From the NCBI GenBank assembly GCA_963820895.1, contig CAWGBW010000004.1:10023-74022 (forward strand): a DNA stretch of 64,000 nucleotides, read 5' to 3'. The position numbers and the translations under genes are program-made. The stretch is from an uncultured Acidobacteriota bacterium (lineage in GTDB: Bacteria > Acidobacteriota > Terriglobia > Terriglobales > Acidobacteriaceae). How positions within the stretch are numbered: position 1 is the stretch's first letter; each line of letters starts with the position of its first letter. Under the pieces are notes generated by a model. That model ran no database searches. It had not been told where the DNA came from and was given only the letters and a program-made list of their open reading frames with translations. Shown one piece after another: positions 16,738 to 25,651 of the stretch.

Positions 16738-17877
16738 TCATTGTCGCGCGAGCACCCGGGAGAAAAACGGTAACACCATAGTCTCAAACCGTTCGCGTAT
16801 GTGGTCCGAATGGTCTCCCCGGTATGCCGCGAGGACGTGCGGAATCCCGAGCTGCGTGAGTTTTTCGGAGAACAACTGGGCGGTCACTGGGATATGCGAA
16901 AAATCGTCCTGCATTCCATAATCGATGACCAGCCCGCGAAGCTGCAAGAGGTTGGTCCCGTAATTCGACACGATCTCCAAGGGCATCTTCTCATGCCATT
17001 CCGTCCATGCGGGCTCATTGGGGATCAGAGCTCCATTTTGCTCACGGTAGGGAAAATCAACGAAAAGGGGAGTTCGTGATGGGTTTGGCGAGAAAGCAGC
17101 CGCTAACGAGACGAACACATCAGTCCAGAAGGGTTCGACGCTCTCCGGGTCTTTGGCGAACTGTTCCTTGTCCTTAACAGCCAAAGCGGCGTGCCACGAA
17201 GGATTAGTTGAAGTAAGATCCCCCGCCATTCCCAAGCAGCAAGGACTCATGGCGTAGACGGCTCCAAAAAGCTCCGGATGCTTCATGCCCATCACGATGG
17301 CGGCATAGCCTCCCATAGAATGCCCGGCAACTCCGCGACTTGCTGCCTGCGGGATGGTTCGGTAATGGCTGTCTATGTACGTCAATAGATCACGATCAAC
17401 AAAGTCCTCCCATCCACCTGAAACAATGGAGTTCGTATAGAAGCTACCCAAGTAGGTGTTTCTTCCGTTCGGGACAATCACGATCATCTCCCGCACTTCT
17501 CCGTCAGCAATCAATGTGTCCATGGATTGCTGCAAATTCATTTCCTGATAGCCATGGCTGGTCCAAGCACGAATATTGCTGTCAAAGCCATGTAACAAGT
17601 AGAAACTCGGATAGCGTTTAGCACTCGATGAGCGATAACTGGGCGGCAGGTATACAGCAACATCCTGATCTGCTGAATCGCCTAGTTTGTTTCTTTCCAA
17701 TGCCACAGAATGCACCTTGATGTTCTCGATTGCGCCCGGGACTTCTCTCCTCGGATTGAGTTCGGCCTTAGGCTGCTGTTGAGCCCCCGCCAACCACGAG
17801 GAACAGAGTACGACGCTTCCAATCAAGAAAACCGTAGGATTCAGTCTGCGCTTCGTCAAGTTTTTCCCCCTGACCAC
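16738..17877 (-). CDS. Secreted alpha/beta-hydrolase, putative esterase family (cassette ORF)
   Basis: 379-aa ORF with a signal peptide. Contains a GHSMGG nucleophile elbow and YLLHGF, typical of the esterase-D/PF00756-like family. Confidence 0.8.
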   Translation of the reverse strand: MVRGKNLTKRRLNPTVFLIGSVVLCSSWLAGAQQQPKAELNPRREVPGAIENIKVHSVALERNKLGDSADQDVAVYLPPSYRSSSAKRYPSFYLLHGFDSNIRAWTSHGYQEMNLQQSMDTLIADGEVREMIVIVPNGRNTYLGSFYTNSIVSGGWEDFVDRDLLTYIDSHYRTIPQAASRGVAGHSMGGYAAIVMGMKHPELFGAVYAMSPCCLGMAGDLTSTNPSWHAALAVKDKEQFAKDPESVEPFWTDVFVSLAAAFSPNPSRTPLFVDFPYREQNGALIPNEPAWTEWHEKMPLEIVSNYGTNLLQLRGLVIDYGMQDDFSHIPVTAQLFSEKLTQLGIPHVLAAYRGDHSDHIRERFETMVLPFFSRVLARQ

Positions 17878-17953
17878 CTGTTTTTGGACGCATTAATTTC
17901 GTTGGGTTTGAGACCACTGTAGTGAGGGACGTTTGTGCGGGGAAAACGTCAAC

Positions 17954-18025
17954 ATCCAACCGCTGTTGAAGCATCGCGATTACACTCAAAAGGCCTCGAT
18001 GAGCGCCTGTCCTCAACAGTTGACT
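17954..18025 (+). repeat. attC-like imperfect palindrome
   Basis: ATCCAAC|CGCTGTTGAAGCATCGCGATTACACTCAAAAGG...CTCGATGAGCGCCTGTCCTCAACAG|TTGACT. Confidence 0.7.
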
Positions 18026-18217
18026 TCGGTTCGTCCGTAATCCGTCGAACGATGAATCCGGAGTGGGCGTAAGAGCTAATGTTTAAGCAACCAGCTTCCG
18101 AGATGCTGCCAGGCGTCAGTGCCACCGACGAGGCGTCTGGTCATTTGCAAGGCAATCAGCAAGGCTCCACCCCAGAATAGTGTCGGATGATGCGTGCCTC
18201 GCGTGCGCCAATCGTAG

Positions 18218-18382
18218 GCAAGTGCGTCACGCTTGGTGTCGCAGACCCGGATCATTGCTAGCTCGTTCAGCGGGTTTCAGTACGACGTCGCGCCTGACGG
18301 CCGGTTTCTCGTCAATACTTTCACCAGCGATGCCGCGCCCTTGACCCTGATGACCGGATGGACTGCCCGATTGCAACGCTGA
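18218..18382 (+). pseudogene. C-terminal remnant of a TolB/PD40-type beta-propeller protein
   Basis: Hand translation gives ...SGFQYDVAPDGRFLVNTFTSDAAPLTLMTGWTARLQR*. There is no start codon, and stop codons lie upstream in frame. Confidence 0.45.
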
Positions 18383-18444
18383 TAAGGTCTCCGCAAGTTT
18401 CTTGTATGTGAGCGAGTACTAGGCTACTCGGAAGGTAGGATCTT

Positions 18445-18519
18445 TTCCTGATTGGCGAAAGATCTCCATGGCACTCGTTCAGGTCAATGAGCGGTATCGC
18501 GTGTTAACGACAACTGACT
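18445..18519 (+). repeat. attC-like imperfect palindrome
   Basis: CCTGAT|TGGCGAAAGATCTCCATGGCACTCGTTCAGG...TCAATGAGCGGTATCGCGTGTTAACGACAA|CTGACT. Confidence 0.65.
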
Positions 18520-18560
18520 GGAATGGCATTTGCTGGGGCATAATAGTGCCGTTGACCGCT

Positions 18561-19583
18561 GTGAGCCTATTGAAAACACACACCGATTTCTGGAATCGTC
18601 GTGCGCGCTGCGCGAAAGTTTGGCTGCCGATCATAACCCTGTTGATGTTAGCTTCCTCGGCATTTGCACAGGACACTACGGGTTCGCGCCGGGTGGTCCA
18701 CTCTCTGATCGTTAGTGTGTTTGACACGCGCGGAATAGCAATTCGTGACTTAACCAAACAGAATTTTCACGTGCGTCTGAATGGCAAGCCCGTTGTGGTA
18801 CTCAATGCTCGTTACAGCAGTGCGCCTCGGAGATTCGTTGTCCTGTTAGATATGAGCCGCAGCATGATCGATGACGACGCAAAGTGGAACAGTGCACGAG
18901 AGGCCGTCTCGAATTTGCTGACGCAGATTCCCAAGGCCGTACCGATTGCGATGCTAACCTTCACACAAGACATTCGCGATGAATTCAATTCTTCTCAGAA
19001 CCGGGAGGCCATCTCGGAGTGGCTGAACGGGCCGGGCAGGCACCCTACCCTCAAGTCCCCGGCGAAGACGGCTTTATTTGATGCGGTCGTTGATGGGTTG
19101 AATCTGCTCGGAGGGCTCCAACCCGGCGATCTCATTTATGCAATCACTGATGGTGTTGATAATGCTAGCCGCAAATCAGAAGAACAGACGAAGGCAGCTT
19201 TGGCGCAGTCGCAGGTGCGACTTTTTGCGTTCATCCTTGCGCAGCCTTTGGAGCGTCCGACTGAACCTGATCTGGAAAAGCGAGATTTGTTTCTGTCCTT
19301 GGTGAGCGAGAGTGGGGGATCTTGGGTTGGAAGTACCAGTCATGGAAACCACCTCGATCCGCGTGACACCATCAATTACTTATTCAAAGACGAATGTCGC
19401 GAAAAGGTAAGGGGCTGGACGGAATGGCTTAACCTCCAGGTAAATGGAGGCTGGACGCTGGATTTCGCGACTCCGCCCCAGGATAAGAAAAGGGACATCA
19501 AGGTGGAGATTATCAGCCAAGAGGGGAAAATAAGGAAAGACGTCAGACTTACTTATCCTCGGCTCTTACCGCCTCAGAGGTAA
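18561..19583 (+). CDS. VWA domain protein (acidobacterial VWFA-related type) (cassette ORF)
   Basis: The ORF-track start at 18468 lies inside the repeat, so I trimmed to the GTG at 18561 (start uncertain, 18546-18645). Signal peptide, then FVVLLDMSRSM, a MIDAS-like motif. Confidence 0.7.
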   Translation: MSLLKTHTDFWNRRARCAKVWLPIITLLMLASSAFAQDTTGSRRVVHSLIVSVFDTRGIAIRDLTKQNFHVRLNGKPVVVLNARYSSAPRRFVVLLDMSRSMIDDDAKWNSAREAVSNLLTQIPKAVPIAMLTFTQDIRDEFNSSQNREAISEWLNGPGRHPTLKSPAKTALFDAVVDGLNLLGGLQPGDLIYAITDGVDNASRKSEEQTKAALAQSQVRLFAFILAQPLERPTEPDLEKRDLFLSLVSESGGSWVGSTSHGNHLDPRDTINYLFKDECREKVRGWTEWLNLQVNGGWTLDFATPPQDKKRDIKVEIISQEGKIRKDVRLTYPRLLPPQR

Positions 19584-19584
19584 G

Positions 19585-19632
19585 CCGCAATGTGCGCCTT
19601 CGATCCGGCCGGAATCGGATAGAATGTTAGTA
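19585..19632 (+). repeat. Possible very short attC-like palindrome
   Basis: CCGCAAT|GTGCGCCTTCGATCCGG-CCGGAATCGGATAGAATG|TTAGTA. It could simply be a terminator hairpin. Confidence 0.3.
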
Positions 19633-19670
19633 GTCAAGCCGTCTCAATCTCGGGCTTCGGAGGCAGCACC

Positions 19671-20210
19671 ATGAAAGCAACGGTCGCGGCTCTCTTCTTC
19701 TCGTCCTTCCTTTTGGCATCCACTGCCTTTGCCCAAAACGCTTCCACAAGCACGGCCGTGGCTTCAGGCTGCGGCACAGTCGACATCAAGTTCGATGTCA
19801 AGACGGAAAAGTCCCAGCACCCCGCCGCCCAGCCGGAGCCTGGCAAGGCGGTGATCTATTTCGTCGAAGACGACACACAATTCCAATCCCGGCCCTTGCC
19901 GATCACGCGCATCGGGTTGGACGGAACCTGGGTGGGAGCGAACCATGGCAATTCCTACTTCTACCTGACCGTCGATCCCGGGGAACACCATCTCTGCGCC
20001 AATTGGCAGTCCTTCGTCGGACTCGGCGCCCACCATCAGTCGGCCGCTGCGCACTTCACCGCTGAAGCTGGACAGTCCTACTACTTCACGGTCAAGAACA
20101 CGTGGCTGCGGGAAGTGAGGATCATGAAGATCGCATTGGAGCCGCTCGACAGCGATGAAGGCCAGCTTCTGGCTAGCCGGTTCGCGTTCAGTAGTTCTCA
20201 TACGAAGTAA
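19671..20210 (+). CDS. DUF2846-like secreted protein (cassette ORF)
   Basis: 179-aa ORF with SD GGAGG and a signal peptide. Contains the pattern VIYFVED...IGLDGTWVGANHGNSYFYLTVDPGEHHL. Confidence 0.7.
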   Translation: MKATVAALFFSSFLLASTAFAQNASTSTAVASGCGTVDIKFDVKTEKSQHPAAQPEPGKAVIYFVEDDTQFQSRPLPITRIGLDGTWVGANHGNSYFYLTVDPGEHHLCANWQSFVGLGAHHQSAAAHFTAEAGQSYYFTVKNTWLREVRIMKIALEPLDSDEGQLLASRFAFSSSHTK

Positions 20211-20384
20211 ACCGCGCAGCAATTCGTTGCCGCGTTCGTTCGAACCGCAAGTACCAAACGACTTTTTCGGTATTGATTTTCGGAGTGGAAGTCCCCCGCC
20301 CGAAGAGGTTCATCGTCAGGTTCGAATCGTTTCACCAAAGTGGACCTTTTGACCGACGTTCCTCAGCCGATTGTCAGCACTGAG

Positions 20385-20470
20385 CCCTAACTGTTGATAA
20401 ATCTCCATAGCACGTTTTGACCCAACAAAGACGAATAGGCGACGCAAGCTTGTGTCGTTGCCTGTTAGCA
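20385..20470 (+). repeat. attC-like imperfect palindrome (subtype 2)
   Basis: CCCTAAC|TGTTGATAAATCTCCATAGCACGTTTTGAC...GTGTCGTTGCCTG|TTAGCA. The ends CCCTAAC and GTTAG are complementary. Confidence 0.6.
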
Positions 20471-20604
20471 GGCGTTGAGGAATAAAATAGTCCTCGTGAG
20501 CAGCAAATGCTTCGGCCTCAGCGCCACTGGACTTTCCTGCGCGACCATTCCTCTGCGGTGCAGCGTGCGATTCTTTCCTGCACTCCTATCGGCTACATTT
20601 TAGG

Positions 20605-21405
20605 ATGAAAGGAACTTTCATCCACCGGACGCTTGGCCGCCAGGCATTCGGCCGTGATCCCGCTGGCTATGATGCCGCACGTCCCCCATATCCCGAGTGG
20701 GTATTTGATTTCTTGCGCGGGCGATGTGGTCTCGCGCCGGGTACGGTCACCTTCGAGATTGGGGCTGGGACGGGAACCGCAACTCGTCACCTGCTGGAAC
20801 TAGGCGCAAACCCACTGGTGGCCGTAGAGCCGGATGAACGCCTCGCTGCCTTCCTGCGTGAAACCATTCCACACAAAGCACTCACGGTCGTCGTTACACC
20901 GTTCGAAGAGACAGTGCTGCGAGAGGCGAGTTTTGATCTGGGTCTCAGCGCCACTGCGTTCCATTGGCTAGACGAGCATTCAGCCTTAACCAAGGTGGCG
21001 AAACTACTCCGTCCATGTGGCTGGTGGGCGATGCTCTGGAACGTGTTCGGCGATTCCGGCCGCGCCGATCCCTTTCACGAAGCAACAAAATCCCTGCTCA
21101 ATACACCCTTGAGCCCTTCAGAAGGAGACGGCAACGTATCTTTCGCGCTCGATGCCGAGGCCAGGCACGCATCCTTAGAACGGACTGACGCCTTCGACAG
21201 CATTGAGCACCGGACCAGCACATGGTCGCTTCTTCTCAACGCGGATCAAACTGTTGCCCTCTACGCGACCTATTCCAATATCAACATCCGACCGGACCGG
21301 GAGGACGTTCTTAACGAGTTGCGTCGCATCGCCCACAATGAGTTCCAAGATCGCGTGACTCGCAACATGACCACAAGCCTATACGTTGCTCGACGTCGGC
21401 CTTAG
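20605..21405 (+). CDS. Class I SAM-dependent methyltransferase (cassette ORF)
   Basis: Motif I is FEIGAGTGTATRHLLELGA. Confidence 0.8.
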   Translation: MKGTFIHRTLGRQAFGRDPAGYDAARPPYPEWVFDFLRGRCGLAPGTVTFEIGAGTGTATRHLLELGANPLVAVEPDERLAAFLRETIPHKALTVVVTPFEETVLREASFDLGLSATAFHWLDEHSALTKVAKLLRPCGWWAMLWNVFGDSGRADPFHEATKSLLNTPLSPSEGDGNVSFALDAEARHASLERTDAFDSIEHRTSTWSLLLNADQTVALYATYSNINIRPDREDVLNELRRIAHNEFQDRVTRNMTTSLYVARRRP

Positions 21406-21424
21406 TCCCTCACAGTCACCACCT

Positions 21425-21638
21425 ATCGTAGATTCGCCGCAGCTCGCCAAATCGTTGATGTTCGGCGATGGGGAAACTTGAGCGCTATCGTACCCAGCTT
21501 CTGTTCCTGCAGCACTTCGCCCACTTCGTCGAGCAGACAATACCAGCTGTTGCGATCTCCCAGATCCAATCCAACGGTTAACTTCTGCCGAGAGATTTTC
21601 TTGCTCGGCCTTTGCCGCTACGGTGCTAACCTTCTTCA
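21425..21638 (-). pseudogene. N-terminal remnant of a second IS110-family transposase
   Basis: Hand translation shows an out-of-frame ATG (MKKVSTVAAKAEQENLS), then ..KLTVGLDLGDRNSWYCLLDEVGEVLQEQKLGT.., which is the DEDD N-terminal motif of IS110 transposases. It ends after about 70 codons. Confidence 0.5.
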
Positions 21639-21699
21639 TTGTCGGCCTCTTTTTTATCTGTGCCTTGAGCACGTCGATAACTTGGGAGCGTACACTGCA

Positions 21700-23157
21700 T
21701 CCCGTCCGGAGACTGGCCTTCTCCCTCGAAAACACTTGGCTCAGGCGATACGCGGCTGGAGAGTGACTGAGTGTCCGAGGCTCTCTAAACGCTTGACTAG
21801 GTATCGCTTCAAACCCTCTGCGTGGAGTCGGTCGAAGTAATTGCTGCCCAGATCGGTGTAGGCGCAGCGCTTCCGTTGCAGGTGATATCCGATCACCAGG
21901 ATGCTATGGGCAACGGCGATGATGGCGCACTTTCTGCCTCGACGAGCAGCAAGCTTCTTAAACTGAGCTGAAAGATAGGTGTTCTTCGTGCGAGCCGCAG
22001 CCCATGCGGATTGACAAGCCATACGACGCAACCAGGGACTGCCTTTACGGATCTTGCTGCTGATCCGCTTGCCTGCACTCTCGTTGTTTCCGGGACACAC
22101 CCCTGCCCAGCTAGCAAGATGTGCTGCAGTTGGGAACTGACTAACATCTGCTCCCATCTCTGCGATGAAACTCCAAGCCGCCACACGATCCACCCCGGGA
22201 ACCGTGACCCACCGATTCAATGCCTCCGCTAAGTCCAGGTGCTGTTGCCCGAGTTGCTCGAGTCGAGCGTCTAACAACTCGATTTCAGTTTCGATAAAGT
22301 ACAGTTGGCGAAGCAAGCTCTGTAGAAGAAAGCGGTGATGATCCCGCACCTGGCCTTCTAGCGCTGCCTGTAATTGTGGGATCTTGGCGCGAAGGTGCCC
22401 AAGAGCGAGGTCCGCAAGTCGTTCGCAGTTCTCTTCACCGCCGATGATAGCCGCCAGAATCGCTCTGCCACTCTTACCCAGAGTATTGCTGGCAACGCTT
22501 GCGAGCTTGAGATTGGCATCCTCGAGCACTTTCTGAATCCGGCTTGCGATACGAGAATGCTCCTGCGACAAGCTAGTTCGTGCCCTGGTGAGATCACGCA
22601 GATCGCGAATCACCAACGGGGGTATAAAGCTGCCCCGCAGCAGTCCGTGTTGCAAAAGTTCCGCGATCCACTGACAGTCCTTCGTATCCGTCTTGCGTCC
22701 CGGAACTGCCTTGATGTGCTGGGCGTTTGCCAGAACGATCTGAAAATGACTTTCGAGAACGTTCCACACCGGCTTCCAATAAACGCCCGTGGATTCCATC
22801 GCCACGTGCTCAACGCCAAACCCCTGCAACCACACGACCAACTCTCGAAGCTCGCGGGTCGTGCATCCGAAGCGGCGAATGTGCTTCAGCGGTTTGCCCG
22901 ATTGCGCTATCAGAACACAAGCAGTGATGGAGGACTTGTGCACATCCAGCCCGCAGCACCGCGGATACAAAACTTCCATAGCTGTCTCCTTCCGCCGTGC
23001 GACGTAAGGATGCACAAATCGCGAAAGTCTCCCTCGCGTGCTCCTCTCCGAAGAGAAGGCGACAGTCCGTTGTTCTCAACGGCATCCAGGGTCAAACTCA
23101 TCCGCGGGCTCTCAGGCTCCACTAAGGCGAACGACCGCGTACGTCCACGGCTCCGAT
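21700..23157 (-). mobile_element. IS110-family insertion sequence (ends not resolved)
   Basis: The transposase CDS plus about 180-230 bp of 5' leader. A 14-bp palindrome TGCTCGATCGAGCA at 23185-23198 may belong to the IS end or to the adjacent attC-like site. IS110 elements lack classical inverted repeats. Confidence 0.55.
21741..22979 (-). CDS. IS110 family transposase
   Basis: ORF trimmed to the ATG at 22979 (SD GGAGA). Contains MEVLYPRCCGLDVHK...MESTGVYW and the C-terminal ...PGVD...ASWAGVCPGNNESAGK motifs. Confidence 0.9.
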   Translation of the reverse strand: MEVLYPRCCGLDVHKSSITACVLIAQSGKPLKHIRRFGCTTRELRELVVWLQGFGVEHVAMESTGVYWKPVWNVLESHFQIVLANAQHIKAVPGRKTDTKDCQWIAELLQHGLLRGSFIPPLVIRDLRDLTRARTSLSQEHSRIASRIQKVLEDANLKLASVASNTLGKSGRAILAAIIGGEENCERLADLALGHLRAKIPQLQAALEGQVRDHHRFLLQSLLRQLYFIETEIELLDARLEQLGQQHLDLAEALNRWVTVPGVDRVAAWSFIAEMGADVSQFPTAAHLASWAGVCPGNNESAGKRISSKIRKGSPWLRRMACQSAWAAARTKNTYLSAQFKKLAARRGRKCAIIAVAHSILVIGYHLQRKRCAYTDLGSNYFDRLHAEGLKRYLVKRLESLGHSVTLQPRIA

Positions 23158-23234
23158 AGCCTAACTCGTTTTCATTGGCCGTTGTGCTCGATCGAGCATG
23201 TAGAACTCATCCCATCTGTTAGCGACAGTTGCGC
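23158..23234 (+). repeat. attC-like site abutting the IS
   Basis: GCCTAAC|TCGTTTTC...GAACTCATCCCATCTGTTAGCGACAG|TTGCGC. The right arm matches the family. The left part may be IS sequence. Confidence 0.45.
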
Positions 23235-23281
23235 GACCGTGTGGCGCGTTATCGCGATTTGCCGAAAGCCCAATCGCGGCG

Positions 23282-23791
23282 CTAGACGGTGTCGATTTGA
23301 GCCGCGACGATCTGTGCGAACCTGTCCACGAGTGGAAACGAATCGCTGCTGACTGATACGACAATCGTGCCCTTGCGGAATTGAATCTCGAATCGCCCGC
23401 CATTCTTGAATGTAGACAAGTACCCTTCATCACCAATCTTCAACCTTTCGACCTTCCATCCCCTTGCGACTTTTCCTTCGCGAACGGGGCTTAGGGACGT
23501 CTTGGCATCAGTGCTGGAATTGACTTGAAAAATCATCACCTCGACACTTTCTCGTGTGCCGCTTTTCGAGGTGTGATCCCATGCCTCCACAACGAGGGGT
23601 CTTTGGCTAGGTACGAGGGGCGGTGGCGCATTCAAAATACCCCTCGTGTACTGCCACCCAGGCTCAGTGCTTCGAATTGCGTTCTCGACTTTGGCCACCA
23701 GTGGCGTTTCGGCACGGGCGTCGTGTGTCGCGACGACAAGCATGGCGAGCGTAAGCACGACAATTGAGAGGGTCAACAAAGGGTTTCGCAT
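23282..23791 (-). CDS. Secreted hypothetical protein (cassette ORF)
   Basis: ORF trimmed to the ATG at 23791. Signal peptide MRNPLLTLSIVVLTLAMLVVA. Its 5' leader and signal peptide are paralogous to those of 12622..13389. Confidence 0.6.
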   Translation of the reverse strand: MRNPLLTLSIVVLTLAMLVVATHDARAETPLVAKVENAIRSTEPGWQYTRGILNAPPPLVPSQRPLVVEAWDHTSKSGTRESVEVMIFQVNSSTDAKTSLSPVREGKVARGWKVERLKIGDEGYLSTFKNGGRFEIQFRKGTIVVSVSSDSFPLVDRFAQIVAAQIDTV

Positions 23792-23846
23792 CGTCCTTAT
23801 TGGACACCGCGCAGAGAAAATGTGCGATGGAATCTTTTGCTGAGGG

Positions 23847-23916
23847 GTGTAACTGGCGAAAAATCGCCATATCACTCATCGTCGGGAATGAGCGTTGACG
23901 CCTGGTTCAGTTGCTT
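23847..23916 (+). repeat. attC-like imperfect palindrome
   Basis: GTGTAAC|TGGCGAAAAATCGCCATATCACTCATCG...AATGAGCGTTGACGCCTGGTTCAG|TTGCTT. Confidence 0.75.
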
Positions 23917-23960
23917 TGATCCTCGCGGCATAACAACTTAACAGCCGGACGGAGATTGCC

Positions 23961-24527
23961 TCACTTCGGCTCCATCGGCCCAAATTTGCGGTCGTAGATG
24001 TCAGGGTAGTTCTTCCGGAGGCAATCGGGACACACAGTATGGGAGAAGTCGGCCTCACTGTGCTCACGGATGTAGGTCTCCATTTGAGCCCACGTGTCGG
24101 CCTCAGTTCTGATCTGCTTGCAGTAGGAGCAGACTGGCAAAACACCACGGAGAATTCGGATTTCATTCAAGGAGGTTCTCAACTTCCTGTTCGCCTCCTC
24201 CAAGGACCAGATTGCTTGACGCCGCTGTTTTTCGAGCGATGCAACCAGCAATGACACAGAACCAAAGACCACTGCCTGGACAAGCCCGGCGAACGTAACA
24301 TCCAGAATATGGGGAGTCGGGTCAAAGAACCAGTCAAAGAGGAGAACCGAAAGAAGCGCAGCAGACAGTCCGGCCGTGGCTCCGGCATATCTTGATGCCA
24401 CGATGACCGCAGCAATAAACAACACGTCACGACTGTGGATCTCGATCCGAGAGATAGGGAAAGTCAGAAGGGTGGCGACCACGACGCTCGCCACCACAAT
24501 CGACGCCGCCCGCATCGCAGGATGCAT
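23961..24527 (-). CDS. DUF4118-like membrane sensor module with a C-terminal Cys-rich (CxxC...CxxC) tail (cassette ORF)
   Basis: ORF trimmed to the ATG at 24527 (SD GAGGG). The longer start would lie inside the repeat. Three TM segments, a coiled coil, then VCSYCKQIR...HTVCPDC. Confidence 0.6.
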   Translation of the reverse strand: MHPAMRAASIVVASVVVATLLTFPISRIEIHSRDVLFIAAVIVASRYAGATAGLSAALLSVLLFDWFFDPTPHILDVTFAGLVQAVVFGSVSLLVASLEKQRRQAIWSLEEANRKLRTSLNEIRILRGVLPVCSYCKQIRTEADTWAQMETYIREHSEADFSHTVCPDCLRKNYPDIYDRKFGPMEPK

Positions 24528-24580
24528 AAAACCCTCGGACCGAACCGAAGGGACTGGAACCACGACTACCCGCAGATACT

Positions 24581-24638
24581 CCACAACGGTTGCCGCCGAA
24601 AGTCAATGCGTGTAATCACCTGATTACATCCGTTAAGA
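24581..24638 (+). repeat. Short attC-like palindrome
   Basis: CCACAAC|GGTTGCCGCCGAAAG-TCAATGCGTGTAATCACCTGATTACATCCG|TTAAGA. Confidence 0.55.
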
Positions 24639-24673
24639 TGGCCGTTGCGAATTCAGGTCTCTGAGGGGCAGAC

Positions 24674-25093
24674 ATGAGCGTTCAAGCAGACATTTACGTC
24701 TCACGCGACGACGAGGAAGCAATCCGGTACAACAGCGAGCCAGCTACGTTCAAAGACCGCGAGCAATACACAAGTTTTACGGTGCTAGAGCTTTCGAGGT
24801 TATGGGCAGAGTTTCGAGGCGTCGAGTGGGACGTGAATTCGTTAGATGAATTTCATACGGTGCTTGTCCAAGATGGCGGCGAACGCACCATCAAACGTTT
24901 GCCGAAATCTATGACTGGTGAACTGGCGCGGTTGACACCAGACCAGATTTCGGTTGCTGCCACCAAGTGGGCAGCCACAGACGAGATGTCCTGTGAAACG
25001 GCTGATGTGCAGCCGATTATTGAAGGACTCGTGCGTTTGGCCAAGGCGGCATCTGAGACTGGCCGGAACATCTATTTCTGGAATTGCGTTTGA
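24674..25093 (+). CDS. Hypothetical cytoplasmic protein (cassette ORF)
   Basis: 139-aa ORF with SD GAGGGG. The stop codon overlaps the next repeat. Confidence 0.55.
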   Translation: MSVQADIYVSRDDEEAIRYNSEPATFKDREQYTSFTVLELSRLWAEFRGVEWDVNSLDEFHTVLVQDGGERTIKRLPKSMTGELARLTPDQISVAATKWAATDEMSCETADVQPIIEGLVRLAKAASETGRNIYFWNCV

Positions 25094-25173
25094 TGACACC
25101 GTTGGCGAAAAATCGGCGTTTCACTCATTGACGGAGCACATGGATTGTGGTTGGACTTGGTTCACAGGTGGCA
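25093..25173 (+). repeat. attC-like imperfect palindrome
   Basis: ATGACAC|CGTTGGCGAAAAATCGGCGTTTCACTCATTGACGG...TTGGACTTGGTTCACAG|GTGGCA. Confidence 0.6.
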
Positions 25174-25545
25174 CTCACCGTAATCCCGAGAAACACTGTC
25201 GACGCGAAAGGCGTGCCCCGATTCCACTTTGAACTTGTGGCCGCGCAAAGCTAAACGCTGGTGAGGCTTCACACTGCTCGGCGGATTCGACAACGCATAA
25301 ATAGTGCCATCCTTCGCGGTCAGACTCAGGCCTTTGTCGGATTCTTGGACACAGCCGTCCAGCGACGTGTGGGCACGATGCACTAGATAAATACCGACGC
25401 CCACTCCAACTCCAACCGCAATAGCGGCCCCAATAACCGCTGCTTTACAGCCTGGGCAGTAGGAGGATGCCCGCGAAGGAGACGGTGTTACCAAAACGAG
25501 TGTAATGCAACACAGAACGGCAGTTGTTCTGCTGAGTCGTTTCAT
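25162..25545 (-). CDS. Hypothetical signal-peptide/TM protein (cassette ORF)
   Basis: ORF trimmed to the ATG at 25545 (SD AGGAG). The stop codon lies inside the repeat. Confidence 0.55.
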   Translation of the reverse strand: MKRLSRTTAVLCCITLVLVTPSPSRASSYCPGCKAAVIGAAIAVGVGVGVGIYLVHRAHTSLDGCVQESDKGLSLTAKDGTIYALSNPPSSVKPHQRLALRGHKFKVESGHAFRVDSVSRDYGECHL

Positions 25546-25617
25546 CGTCGACTCCTGATCAATGGCGGTGCAAATGTTACGCCCGCCCTCATCGCAGGTC
25601 AACTCGAGTCAGGTCTC

Positions 25618-25651
25618 GGTAGTGTCCTAATTTGCAGATTAGGACACTACC
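25618..25651. promoter_or_regulatory. Perfect 14-bp inverted repeat flanked by CAGGTCTC direct repeats
   Basis: GGTAGTGTCCTAAT-TTGCAG-ATTAGGACACTACC, with CAGGTCTC at 25610-25617 and 25652-25659. It lies about 75 bp upstream of the minus-strand ORF 25162..25545. Confidence 0.4.

Noticed and set aside
21450-21492. TTGAGCGCTATCG, which resembles the right arm of the attC-like consensus and suggested an attC split by the IS
   Set aside because: The same bases continue the reading frame of the IS110-like N-terminal remnant (..KLGTIALKF..). The similarity is short and is better explained as coincidence.
22374-23159. 261-aa plus-strand ORF inside the IS110 element
   Set aside because: It is antisense to a transposase with clear IS110 motifs, and its composition is implausible.
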